DNA of 62,918 nucleotides, the filler included, from Chiloscyllium plagiosum (Eukaryota), in the NCBI RefSeq assembly GCF_004010195.1. It is 4 parts of one record of this genome, joined end to end, with 100 filler letters (N's around TTAATTAATTAA, not from the genome) between each part and the next. Parts side by side here need not be neighbours in the genome. Positions count along the whole stretch, not along the records: positions 46,510 to 58,713 come from NC_057711.1; positions 58,814 to 62,918 come from NC_057711.1; 2 more parts are not named here. One strand, 5' to 3'. Of the stretch, positions 49,410 to 61,720 are shown piece by piece. Position 1 is the first letter of the stretch; every line of letters starts with the position of its first letter. The translations under genes were made by a program, and so were the position numbers. The notes beneath the pieces were generated by a model. The model was not told the DNA's origin and made no database searches. It worked only from the letters and a program-made list of their open reading frames with translations.

Positions 49410-50580
49410 GTGGCACGATGGATCAGTGTTAGCATTGCTGCCTCACAGTGCCAGGGACCATGAGTCTGTGTGGGTTTCCTCCCACAAAAAGGCCAGTTTT
49501 TCACATAGGTTAACTCATGTGGGGAATGAATGTTTAGATGGAAGTGAAACAATTACAACATTTAAAACACATTTGGATAAGTACATGAATAGGAAAGATC
49601 TGGAGGGATATGGGCCAGGAGCAGGCAGGTGGGACTAGTCTAGTTTAGGATTATGGTCGATATGGACTGTTGGACTGAAGGATCTGTTTCTTTGCTTTAT
49701 GACTCTATGCGCATGTTAATTGGATTAGCCATGTGGCATGATGGCTCAGGGGGCGACATGGTAGCTCAGTGGTTAGTACTACTGCCTCACAGCACCAGTG
49801 ACGCAGGTTCGATTCCACACTCGGGTGACTGTTTGTGTGGAGTTTGCACATTCTCCCTGTGTCTGCATGGATTTCCTCCGGGTGCTTTTTTAGATTAGAT
49901 TAGATTGCTTACAGTATGGAAACAGGCCCTTCGGCCCAACAAGTCCACACCGCCCCGCCGAAGCGCAACCCACCCAGACCCATTCCCCTACATTTACCCC
50001 TTACCTAACACTACGGGCAATTTAGCATGGCCAATTGACCTGACCTGCACATCTTTTGGACTGTGGGAGGAAACCGGAGCACCCGGAGGAAACCCACGCA
50101 GACTCGGGGAGAACGTGCAAACTCCACACAGTCAGTCGCCTGAGGCGGGAATTGAACCCGGGTCTCTGGCGCTGTGAGGCAGCAGTGCTAACCACTGTGC
50201 CACCGTGCTCTGGTGTTCCTCCCAAAGTCCAAAGATGTGCAGGTCAGGTGAATTGGCCATGCTAAATTGCCCATAGTGTTAGTTGCATTAGTCAGAGGGA
50301 AATGGGTCTGGGTAGGTTCCCCTTCAAAGGGTTGGTGTGGACTTGTTGGGCCGAAGGGCCTGTTGCCACAGTAGGGAATCTAATCTAATCTAATCTAAAT
50401 TGCCCTGTAGTGTCCAGGGATGTGCAGGCTAGGCGAATTAACTGTGGTAAATGGGGAGATACAGAGATAGGCAAGGGGGTGGTGTGAGGGGCAGGCGGTT
50501 GGGTCTGGGTGGAATGCTTTTCAGAGGGTCGATGCAGACTTGATGGACCTAAAGGGTCCATAGGGATTCTATGGTTCTAT
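49410..50580. mobile_element. Nested cluster: old SINE(+), CR1 3' end (49491-49709), HE1(+) 49751-50397, young HE1(-) 49890-50207
   Basis: The middle SINE is split at ccgggtgct|ctggtgttcct by an inverted full-length HE1; the outer SINE is split at gccatg|ctaaattgccc. Confidence 0.8.
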
Positions 50581-50599
50581 GAATAATATCTAAGCTGAT

Positions 50600-51340
50600 C
50601 TGTTTGTGTTTTGAGTTCCATGTTCTCATCAATTCTCAATAACCTTTGATTTAATTCCAAATAAAGCTCCTTAAAAATAGTTAATTGACCTTGTATTCCA
50701 CACCTTGTGAGTCAGAGAGTTCCAAAGTCATACAATCCTCAGAGATAACATTTCTCGTAATCTTCTGTCTTGAAAGGCTACCCCCTAACTTTTAAACAGT
50801 GCTCCGTAATTCTGGACTCATCCACAAAATCCGTTCATAACCACCTTGTCGAGACCATTCTGGATCTTATACACTTCAATTAAGTGAACCTCTCACTCCA
50901 GTTGAAAGGAGCCCAACTTGTCCAACCTTTTCTCAAAAGGCAATTCACTCATTTCAATTTTCAACCCAATAAGTCTCCCCTAAACCTTCATCCTTAAATA
51001 AGGAGACCAAAATTATGCATAGTAATAGAAATATGGTTTTGCCAATGCTCTCAATAACTGAAGTGTACAATCTCCTTACTTTTATGTTCAATTCCTCATG
51101 TAACAAAATATAACATTCTGCTTGTGTTTTTGATTGTAGTTATATCTGCATACCTTTTTTGTGACTCGCACTGGAATGCTTCAATCCCTCTGCACCACAA
51201 TATTCTGCACTCACCTTCCATTTAAGTAATACTCTGCTTTGACAGTCTTCCTGCCAAAGTGAACAACTTCACATTTTCCCACATTATACTCCATATTATG
51301 TCAAATCCTTTGACCTATTTATATCTGTCTGCAACCTCCT
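50600..51340 (-). mobile_element. CR1 LINE fragment, old
   Basis: Similar to 9285-10030 (ccttaaataaggagaccaaaa; cttcacattttcccacattatactcc). Confidence 0.65.
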
Positions 51341-52297
51341 TATGTCTTCTTCACAAAATTAAAATAATTCAGTGCAGCACATCAAACAACCTCATGTTAC
51401 CACCCCGTTTTTAGTAAGGCAACTGGTTTATTTGAAGATCATGCTATTTTTTAACATTTTCATTTTTTTCCTCCCTAATCGCCATCATTTCACCATACAT
51501 TATTATGCTGAAACTGCATTTAGATTTCTACATGGTGTATTGAGTCACTTACTGGACTGTTGATGGAATGGACTGAGATACAGGCTCTCTAATATTTCCT
51601 TTGTCTCTGCATTGGGTACTTAACTATGTTCTATATGTTCTGAAGCAAAATAGTTAAGTGCAGGATCTCTTCAAATGTACATCATACCAGCCATTAGTGT
51701 TTTAATGTGCTGAAGCATTCTCCACTTATAAAAAGCTTTTAAACACTACTAATCTGAATTGCTAGCCAACTTCGCTGACCTTAATGTGCTTTAAAATCAG
51801 AAGTGTTCTACTTACTGAGGCCAGACAGTGAAGAACAGAACTAATGCTTGGCTTTACACAATTTTTATAAACATTTATTTATAATGAACCACAATACACT
51901 GATTCACCTTCCTAAGCAATCACTACAGATTTGGTCTGTTTCTACTTATGGAAACATAAGTGAATCCTCAATTGATGATGCACAAAATTGTCAAAAATAT
52001 TTGGTTTACAAATATCCTTCAGGGGAGGAAATCTACACAGTATGATCAAGTTGTGACTCCAGACCCAGAGTACTTTGGTTAATTCTAAAATTGCCCTGTT
52101 AAATGTCCCGAGCAAGCTACTTGGTTCTATTAAACTGATACAGTAACACAGCAATTCAGGGAAATGGTAAGAAAAAATTAGGGGCGGGGAGTAAATGCTG
52201 GCCTAGTTCACTCACCAAAAATTCTTTTTTAAGTGACACACTATTTGTTAAGAAGTTAATAATTCATAGGTTTTATTCTGTATCCACCTTATTCACA

Positions 52298-52529
52298 TCC
52301 TAGAATTTAATAGGCGAAAGTGAGTACTGAAGATGCTGATATTAGATTCAAGATTAGAGTAGTGGTGGAAAAGCACAACAAGTCAGGCAGCATCCGATGT
52401 GTAGGAAAATCAATGTTTTGGGCAAAGGCCCTTCCTCTTGCCCGCAACGTCGATTTTCCTGCTCCTCGGATGCTGCGTGATCTGCCACGCTTTTCCAGAA
52501 CTACTCTAATCTTGACTCCTAGAATTTAA
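52298..52529. mobile_element. Fold-back PLE pLTR mini-element with 13-bp TSD
   Basis: TCCTAGAATTTAA at 52298-52310 and 52517-52529; arms ~52348-52425 and ~52438-52515 are inverted and joined within hammerhead stem II. Confidence 0.8.
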
Positions 52530-53399
52530 CATCAATTAACTGTAATCACTTAAAACCCAACTTCTATGCACTCAATAAACAAAAAGCACCAAGACAGATA
52601 ACTGGATATAGGAATTGTAGCGGCCTCATGCCCCTACACAAGACTTGTCACTTAGCCATATGGCTACTATAATTTAATTAGCAGTTAGAGAAAGAGCACA
52701 TTGTAAGTTGGATCAAAGTTCTGGGTTGACTGCAAAAGTACATTTCAAAGCTAAAAAGAAAAAGTGTTGTTGCTTTATGTGGTGAAGTGCAACAGACCTG
52801 AGTCACCAAATAGCTGGTGAAGGTATCTACTCTTTGAAAGGGCCTTAAATATCTCAAAATATTTTTTGGCATGTCATCCATAGGTAAGTAGATTGTTGAC
52901 AGACTGATGGCATAAATTGATTCAGCCTGAGCTGTGTAGCTTGTATATCAGGCTTGCAATCTTTTTCCCAGTCCTTCTGCACGCAGAGACTGATATTGAA
53001 ATAATTAAATTTGAATGTGGTCTGCTTCTTGATACTAATGATTGTCCTGTTAGTTTTCGTGAAATGTTATATTATGTTTACTGGTGATTATTAGTGAAAA
53101 AACAGATAATTATTTCGCTCAAATTATCTTGGCCTCAAGTTCCAGAATGTCCTCATAATAAACAAAAATAGTTAGAATGCGTCATCTGAAAGTGTTAATG
53201 TATATGTTTAGATTTAGTACTAGCTTGAAATGGTGTCATTAGGAATAGTTTCTGCTTTATTTTCTTATCTCTAACTATAGCCTTTTACATTAATTCAATG
53301 CAGTGCACGCATCTTGTGTGGTGCATCATCTAAATTAGGAAAGAATTTAGAACTCAAAAAACAGTCCCTATGAATATTTTACATTCTTCTTTGTTCTGT

Positions 53400-54110
53400 T
53401 GTTCTCCTTCCTTTTAAATTCACCTCAATATTCTCCTGCAGAGACGAGATACCTTCCTCAGCTATTTGATGACTCAGGACTGTTGCACTTGACCCCCTGA
53501 AGCAACAGCACTTGTGCTTTTTAACTTCGATGCCACACTCTTGTAGTCTATGCAGGACTTTGATAAACCTTACAACATGCTTGGTCTCTGTCTAACTGCT
53601 AATTAGACTGTCATCTAGGATGCAGAAGATCCCTTTCATCCCACTTAGTACCTGACCCATGATTTTCTGGTGTACTCCAGCAGCAGAAGGTGTCTCAAAT
53701 GACAGCCTTTTCGTACAGAACAACCCTCTCTATTTACAAATAGCAATCAGATCCATGTTCTTGTCAGTTCATTCTAATTACAAATATACATTTGACAGTT
53801 TATTTTCCACCTCTATACACTTTTTACTTTCAACACTTTTTGCACCTGGAGCACCTTTCCATTGGCCAGAAGAGGAACCATCCTCATTGGCTGGCATTGG
53901 GCAATCACCACCTTGTTTACTGTTTGTTTCTGATCTCCACAAATCGAAGCAGACCCATCTGAGGTACTTCATAAGTACACTGATCATTAGCCTCTTTGTT
54001 ACTCCTGCTCTTTCTAATCTATTTAGCTCTTTGCTTATTGTTTCCAATTGCATGGAAGGCACTGGCTGAACCTTAAAAAGTGGCACCTATACATTGCCCT
54101 TGACTTTGGC
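53400..54110 (-). mobile_element. Gypsy/Ty3 LTR-retrotransposon pol (RT) relic
   Basis: Minus peptides PVPSMQLETISKELNRLERAGV; RGLFCTKRLSF...QKIMGQVLSGMKGIFCILDDSLISS (YLDD site); VLHRLQECGIEVKKHKC...VLSHQIAEEG. Confidence 0.8.
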
Positions 54111-54424
54111 TTGGAATGCCTTTTTTTTTTGAATGCTGCCTGACTGGCTGTGCTTTTCCTTCTTACTCAAAGACCACTTTGCGCTTTTTCAATGTCACAC
54201 ATCTTCCTACTGATCCCGATTGTACAGAACTTACCAATTAGGTTACCATCATTTTGTTCCCTCATACCATTAGCAATGTCAAGTAAGAGGATACATCATC
54301 ATATTTCACTCTTACACTAAACTGATATCATGCTGGAATAATGTTATTGAAACAGCTAATCAGCTGCATACCAGTTTTATGCAAGTGTTTGTTACTTAGG
54401 ACTTGTTGTACTTTCCTTCTGGAT

Positions 54425-54945
54425 AAGGAAAGATGTTGTGAAACTTGAAAGGGTTCAGAAAATATTTGCAAGGATGTAGCAAGGGTTGGAGGGTGTGAGC
54501 AATAGGGAGAGGCTGAATAGGCTGGGGCTGTTTCCCCTGGTGCATTGGAGGCAGAAGGGTGAACATATAGTGGTTTATAAAATCATGAGGGGCGTGGGTA
54601 GGATAAATAGACAAGGTCTTTTCCCTGGGGTGGGGTGAGTCCAGGACTAGAGGGCATTGGTTTACACTGAGGGGGTAATATCTTAAAAGAGACCTAAGAG
54701 GCAATTTTTTCACGCAAAGGGTGGCGCATGTATGGAATGAGCTGCCAGAGGAAGTGGTGGAGGCTGGTACAATTACAGCATTTAAAAGGCATCTGGATGG
54801 GTAAATGAATAGGGAGAGTTTAGAGGGATATGGACCAAGTGCTGGCAAGTGGGACGAGATTAAGTTAGGATATCTAGTTGGCATGGACAAGTTGGACCAA
54901 AGGGTCTGTTTCCATACAGTATATCTCTATGACTCTGTGACTCTA
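54425..54945 (+). mobile_element. CR1/HER1 3' end
   Basis: ggaatgagctgccagaggaagtggtggaggc...ctctatgactctgtgactct tail. Confidence 0.85.
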
Positions 54946-57900
54946 AGTCAGCCCTGCTGCAGCTATTATCAATGAGGAAAGCGTGGAACTCCAACTTTCA
55001 ATTCTCCTGTGTTGGATGTCGCAATTACATAAGCCCCTTTTGATCGGATTAAATTCCCCAATTGTCCTCAATTGTCCTCAAATTGTCCCCAGTTGTCCTC
55101 GGTGCCAGTGTTTCAGTTGACTGTAATGACTGTACTGACTCCAGTCTACCTGAATGTGGTGTACTCTTGCACAACGTAACAATCTCAGATTTCTCAAATG
55201 AAAAATAAAACAAAAATTCCATCCAGCCTTTGCCCTCATTTTTCTACTGGATATTGCACTGAGTAAGATTAACAAATGCTCAATTGCAGGCAGCTGTTTC
55301 TGAGCAACATTATTTATGTTTCCCAAATAGAAACTGCAGGAGAGATGGCAGGAAGACAAAAGCTCAAGTATTTCTCCCAAGTCATTCATATATTAGGAAA
55401 CAATTCCATGCTTATGCAAGCTCGGTCCAGTGCCATTTAGCTTATGGGCAAAAGTAAAGGCAGAAATCAGGAGAGAGACCCTCACTGGTGCTCCACCAAA
55501 ATGTTCCAGGCACTTGAATCTCATTATGAGGAGACTGGTAGTCTTTTTGATGATCGCTCTAATCATAAGCTCACATCTTCCTCAACACCACTATTTGGTT
55601 GTTAAATTGAGTTAGTAACCTGTCTCTTGACAATGGGAATCCATTGTCAGGAAGTCTCATTGTGGTTAGCTCGGTTGGCTGGTTTGTGGTAGAGTGTGAT
55701 TCCAATTACATAGTTGCAGTCCTGCACTGGCTGCGATTATAATGAAGGACTCCCCTTCTCAACCTCTTCCCTCATCTGAGGTATGGTGACCCTCAGGTTA
55801 AACCATCACCAGTCATCTTTCTCTCTCACTCTCTCTCTCTCTCTAATAAAAGAACAGCCCTATGGTCCAATTCGACTACGGCAGCTTTACCTTTATATAA
55901 ATTGTTCTCATTGAAACCTACTTAAAGCTGGAGTTTCATGTTGTTTCCTCCCATTGAACATTTGGACTATGGCAGCTTTACCTTTAAATTGGTTTCAAGC
56001 AACTCCAGCTTGAAGTAGGCTTCAATGAGAACAATTTAAATAAAGCTGGAGTTTCATGTTGTTTCCTCCCGTTGAGCATTCAATTATGTAGAACTGTTAA
56101 CAATTGAAATATCAAAACTTTTACAGGGTTGTACAAGGTGGATTGAGAAGGCATGTTTTTCTAAGCTAGGTCGTTTAGACCCATGGAACATAGTCTTGAA
56201 GAAGAGGCCTATCATTTTGATCTGAAAAGTGGAATCCTCTACCCCAGAAGACTCTGGAGGTTCAATCATTATGTTAAAGACAGAGGCTGAAGATGTCAAA
56301 GGATATCGGGATAGTGTGGGTAAATCGCATTGAGGTACAAGATCAGCCGTGATCCAGCTATGTGGTGGAGTAGGCTTGAGGAGCCAAATTCTGATCATTT
56401 TCATTAGGTTTGGCCCTCCTGAAGAGAAGTTGGTTATTACATTGTGGCTGATTGGCATGTTTGTCTCCAATGGCTCCCTGGAATGCATCTGCAATGTAGA
56501 ATTTCAGGGTCATTGGAACTCAATGCCCAATAATGCAATTAGAACTCACTTCCTTGGTCATTATGGCGCACACATCAGTCCCAGCCCCTCAGGAGAGACG
56601 CCTTCTTTGGTGACCATTGTTGATCTAACCCCTGTGGTTAGGTAGACTCTGGAACTAAGGTCACTTTGTCTTCATGATCATGCTCTTGACACCTTTTTGC
56701 AATCTTCTGCTGCTTCTCCACCATGAGGTGCAGCTGGCTCGGATGTTGCTGCTGTCTGGACCAGACTCCCACATACCAAATGCTTCTTCAAGTTTTGCTA
56801 GAGGATCCTCCTCCAGAATGAGTGAGGCTCATGCTACTTGAACACTGCCGATCTGACTGAAACACCCTGCTAGTAGATGTTGCAGTAGTGCTAGAACCCC
56901 TCTTGTGGCCAGGCCCCTCTCCAGTGAGATCCTTGCCAGGATCACAATTTTATTAAGGAATGCCTCAAAATGACATCACTTGTAAAATTTTGACTTGACA
57001 TAATAACATCAAGGCACCTACCTAATGCCATCTCCACACTTTTATTGCCTTCTCTGATCTATTGACAACTATTTCTTAGGTATCAACTCCCCCTATACCT
57101 CAGATCTTTTTGTTTGTTTATTTTTGTCCATCTTTGTTACTTGAGGCTTGTTTATTTTAAAAAAAAGTCAGGTTATAAATAAGGGAGAAAAATCAGTATC
57201 TGGGTTTTCAAAAGTTGAACATCTGTTGGAAAGATTTGGGAAGAGACTGTTGGTTGGAGATGGTGAATGACGTACTGTTCTGAAATAATGTTGGTTGGAT
57301 GGGCCTTTAGTCTGGATGGAGCAGTCATTGCTGCCAGTGACGCTGTTAAAGTGTTGTATTAAATTGAATTGTGAATCATATACTGTTACATCTTCCATGA
57401 AATTACATTACTGCAGGAGAAAAGGCTGTGAAGAAAAGTTTATAACCACAATGCTTTATCCATTTTGACATTCATTATAAGAGGCTCAAGGGATGAGATA
57501 AAAGTTTCCTGAACAATTTCTTTCCCTATTTTTTCGTGCAATGCAGCATTGTTAATAAGGTTAGCATTTTTCTGTCCATTCGTATTTGCTCTGAATTGAG
57601 TGGCTTGAGGCTCTTTCAGAGAGCAAATGTAGGCCTTGTGTAAGGCTGTCCGAATTCCTATCTAGTGAACGAACAACAGGAGCATTAAGTGGGGCCTCTG
57701 GAATACAAGCTCAATAACATTACCACTACATCACCATCTCCCTGATGTATTAATTGATACAAATTAATTGTGTATGTACTTAAATCTGCTTCTTTGATTT
57801 TTGCAGGTGAGCTAATTGTAACAATTCAGAGTAATAGAGTGTTCAAACAATGGCCATCGTGTCTCTGCCAGTCATCAAGCACCAATCTACTCTCATTCCA

Positions 57901-58599
57901 TTTACCTGCATAGGCCTTGTATGCTATGGCACTTCAAATGATCATTGAAATACTTTTTAAAAGTGGTGTGATGGTCTCTGCCTCTATCACCTTTCAGGTA
58001 GTGAGTGAGTTCTAAATGTCCACCATCCTCTGGGTGAAAAAAAAATCTTTCTTAATTCACTTTAAAACATCCTGCTCTTTACTTTAAATCTATGTCCCCT
58101 GGTTATTGACCCCTCGAGTACCAGGAATAATTTCCCTATCAATGCTCCTCCTAGTTTTGCACAGCTTAAGTTTCTTTTTAGGTTCCATGGAAAGCTGCCC
58201 CATTTTTGCAAAGTGACTATTAAACAGGTATATTTTAAGTAAGTCAGTGAATAAAGTAGGCACTATGTGACCATTTTAAACAAATTTAGCTACTGCCATT
58301 TTAAAGTTTACTGCTGCACAAGTTTGTTCTATTTTGGCTGAATTCCTAAAGAAAATCAACAGTGTAGCTGAGTTCAGGCAAGCTGTATATTTAACATATA
58401 TATTGGTCACAGCAATAAAGTTGGAATATATTAAATTGTCGATGTAACTCTTAATTGAATTTGGTTCTCATAGTGAATTGAATGTGATTTTTATTTTTGG
58501 TCATGTGATTTCCCACTTATCTTTTAGACTATGATGTTTCGATTCCCAAGGAGTGTACAGAATTATTTAATCGTTTCCATATATCTTGAGCAAAGAAAG

Positions 58600-58713
58600 G
58601 GAATTAATGGAATGCTTACAGGATGGCCTTTTGGAACAGCTTGTCATGGAGCCCACAAGGGAGCAGGCTATTCTGGACCTAGTGCTATGTAATGAACCAG
58701 ACTTTATAAAAGA
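58600..58713 (+). mobile_element. CR1 endonuclease fragment at contig end
   Basis: ECLQDGLLEQLVMEPTREQAILDLVLCNEPDFIK. Confidence 0.75.
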
Positions 58714-58813
58714 NNNNNNNNNNNNNNNNNNNNNNNNNNNNNNNNNNNNNNNNNNNNTTAATTAATTAANNNNNNNNNNNNNNNNNNNNNNNNNNNNNNN
58801 NNNNNNNNNNNNN
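58714..58813. other. Assembly spacer / contig join
   Basis: N run with TTAATTAATTAA. Confidence 0.97.
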
Positions 58814-58959
58814 CCACCCTCCCCTAGCTTATCTCTCCACGCTTCAGGCTCTCTGCCTTTATTCCTGATGAAGGGCTTTTGCCCGAAACGTCGATTTTGC
58901 TGAAGCTCCTCGATGCTGCCTGAATTGCTGTGCTCTTCCAGCACCATTGATCCAGAATC
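58814..58959 (+). mobile_element. PLE pLTR fragment with intact hammerhead motif (58861-58896)
   Basis: ATTCCTGATGAAGGGCTTTTGCCCGAAACGTCGATT. Confidence 0.85.
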
Positions 58960-59599
58960 CTTTCTTTGTGGTCAAGCTGCATAATTGTTTTTCCACAACA
59001 AAATAATCCAATTAAACAAGCACTTCATGGTGATCTAGCTATAGTCTAACAATGCTTGACCACTGTCCTTACTTTGGTGCTCCATTTTATTTGTGGGAAC
59101 AATTCAATTTTAATTTGTACACTAATGCAACTGAACTCTGCTATTATGCATCAGGTCTCAATCATTGCTTTTGTCGAAATTCAGCTCTCCCAATCTCTGC
59201 TGGCCATGTCATGTTCACACCAAATCCCATTCACCTATTATCTCTCTGCTCTTTGACATGCATTAACCCTTAAAGTAGAAATGCCTTGATTTTGAAATTG
59301 CTGTTCTTTTTTTTTCAAAATCTCTCAGTGTCCATATCTTGTTCTATCTCTCTAACATCCTCTGGTCATTCCATTGTTTACCATTAGTGGCAGAAGCTTC
59401 CATTACCTAAGCCCTGTGAACACTTCCCAAAACCTCTTCACCTTTCATTCTCTTCTAAAGCTCTTTAAAATCCAAATCTTTTACCAAGATTTTGGTCATC
59501 TGTCATGATTTCTGATTAAACAAATTGGGTGTTAATTGTAGCTTGTTGACATCACTCTGAAAACGTTTGTTGAGTTATGCTTACCTTGGCGTCCCTTTG

Positions 59600-59772
59600 C
59601 AGAGGAACCTCAATTTTTCCGGCATTCAATTATCTGAATATCGGATTATCCGCCAAGATCGCAAGATCTTAATGCTTGGCTAAATTATGTCATCCAGCAT
59701 TCAGTTGTCAGGGATTCGACTAACTGAACAAAATACTCCCCGCCCGTGTCCTTCGGATAATCGAAGTATCTG
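59600..59772. mobile_element. Tc1/mariner-pogo (Tigger-like) MITE
   Basis: Imperfect TIRs CAGAGGAACCTCAATTTTTCCG ... CGGATAATCGAAGTATCTG followed by TA; internal subterminal attatc.g repeats. Confidence 0.6.
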
Positions 59773-59914
59773 TAAAATTTAATGGAGAAACAATCCATTT
59801 AAAATGGGGTGTCTTCATTTAATGCACTTTTGTAGATGGCTAAACCTGGAGAGTAGGTCCTCCCTCAAGTGCCAGACATGGAGTCACGAACAGTCACTTT
59901 TTATCAGCATTGAC

Positions 59915-60165
59915 TGCCTAGCTCTTTTCCACCTATCCACTCCACCTCTCCTCCCTGACCTATCACCTTCATCTCCTCCCCCACTCACCCATTGTACTCT
60001 ATGCTACTCTCTTCCCACCCCACCCTCCCCTAGCTTATCTCTCCACGCTTCAGGCTCTCTGCCTTTATTCCTGATGAAGGGCTTTTGCCCGAAACGTCGA
60101 TTTTGCTGAAGCTCCTCGATGCTGCCTGAATTGCTGTGCTCTTCCAGCACCATTGATCCAGAATC
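59915..60165 (+). mobile_element. PLE 3' end / pLTR with intact hammerhead motif (60067-60102)
   Basis: Same family as 46510-46852. Confidence 0.85.
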
Positions 60166-61664
60166 CTTTCTTTGTGGTCAAGCTGCATAATTGTTTTTCC
60201 ACAACAAAATAATCCAATTAAACAAGCACTTCATGGCATCTGTTGCCAAAAGCACTGTACTCTCAAATCATGGTGGCTATGCATCAATCCACTGGAGGTT
60301 CCACCATGGTACTATATTAAAGAGGTTATATAAATGCAAGTTGTTGTTGGTATTAAGTTGAACTTTCTTAAATACACAACAGGAACACAAAAAACAGTTA
60401 TTGGCAAAGGCTGCAAAAAGCATCTGCCTCTTCCTCTGTCCTTGGGAAAAAGAAATCAGGTAATTATGGACTTCATCAGGATTATAAGTGTTGTATCAAA
60501 AAACTGGGATCCATTATCACAGACAGAGAGCAGAATTTTAGTAGATCCACCCGGTGGTGGGATTGAAGGCTGGTGCTGTAAGTTAGTGGGGAACCATCTT
60601 AGAATGATCCACCAACACTGTTCTAGGTTCCTAGTGGCAGTCAGAAGGCAGGTCAAGATATGGGTCGGTTGCCAGTTCACAGAGATGTGCTGCCACTTTA
60701 AGTATTCAAGGCCACAACTGGGAGGCCATTAGGAGTCAGTGGAAATGCCATCAGAACCAAAGGCTCCCAAGGCCTGTAGAGCAGACTGGAAGTTTTGCAA
60801 AGCAGCTCATGTTGATGCCAACAATCCTCCTGGATTGCCTCTTTAATCAAATAGTCCACCCACCTTGAGCCATTATGTCTTTTTGTCAAATTTGCCCTGT
60901 GTGGGTTCCTCCATTTTCCAACAGTTAAGACTTCCAAACTGTCACCCCTCTGATTGGACCAACTACATGGAGAGCCTGCTATCCTTCATTAAATAGTGGG
61001 CCCAGAAGTGAGCAACTGGAGACCAATTCTTGTAAAATCTGAGCAGCAATGGTTAGCTCAGAATGTCCATTTAGTTCAAGCATCACTTCTGGTCCAAACA
61101 TCGAGCCTTCTGGTGATGGGGGAATGTGTCAGTTGGTCATGTCCGATAAGTCTGGTTGTTCTTTTTTGAAGCGGTTAGTTTAGATAGGTGCATAACTAGG
61201 TGGATAAGGCATTAGATAATGTTCAAGAAGGTATGAATACAAGCAGCTCCACCCAGACTTATCTTGGGTCAGTAAGTTATTGTAAGTTAAGGTAGCAAAT
61301 TAACAAAAGACAATATCCTCAGATTATTGCGATGGCTTTGTGTAACTTATTGCAGCTAGCTACACAACTTGTTATATCTCCTAAATTATTATCATTTGCA
61401 AACAAATGAAAATCTCCCAATTCCTGGATCCATGTTATAGTGAGAAGATGAAGCCGTGGTGCAGACCCATGGGCAACACCACTTGCTGCAACCCCTCAAT
61501 CTAATAATATTGCCTTTATCTCTATTCTGTGTCTACTCTCCCATAAATAATTATCAACATCAGATGATGTGCTCAAGTCCATAGCATTGGGATTTCCACG
61601 ACTTCCTAACTCAGAAGTGTGAATCTTATCACTAAGCTAAGACTAACACTTCGGGATGCAAGAA

Positions 61665-61720
61665 GGAGAGAAAGAGAGAGAGAGGGAGAGAGAGCGAGAG
61701 CAAGAGAGAGAGAGAGAGAG
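61665..61720 (+). repeat. (GA)n microsatellite
   Basis: Imperfect GA dinucleotide run. Confidence 0.9.

Noticed and set aside
51816..51851. Possible 36-bp minus-strand exon (PSISSVLHCLAS) with gtaagt donor
   Set aside because: Weak purine-rich acceptor, no calpastatin similarity, and a different contig segment.
55051..55100. Short tandem repeat of ~10-bp aattgtcctc units
   Set aside because: Ordinary slippage minisatellite with no further structure.
57168..57410. Minus-strand acceptor (ttttctcctgcag) and a 76-aa ORF MEDVTVYD...
   Set aside because: All three frames hit a stop soon after the acceptor, and the peptide has no recognisable motif; at most a non-coding or terminal exon.
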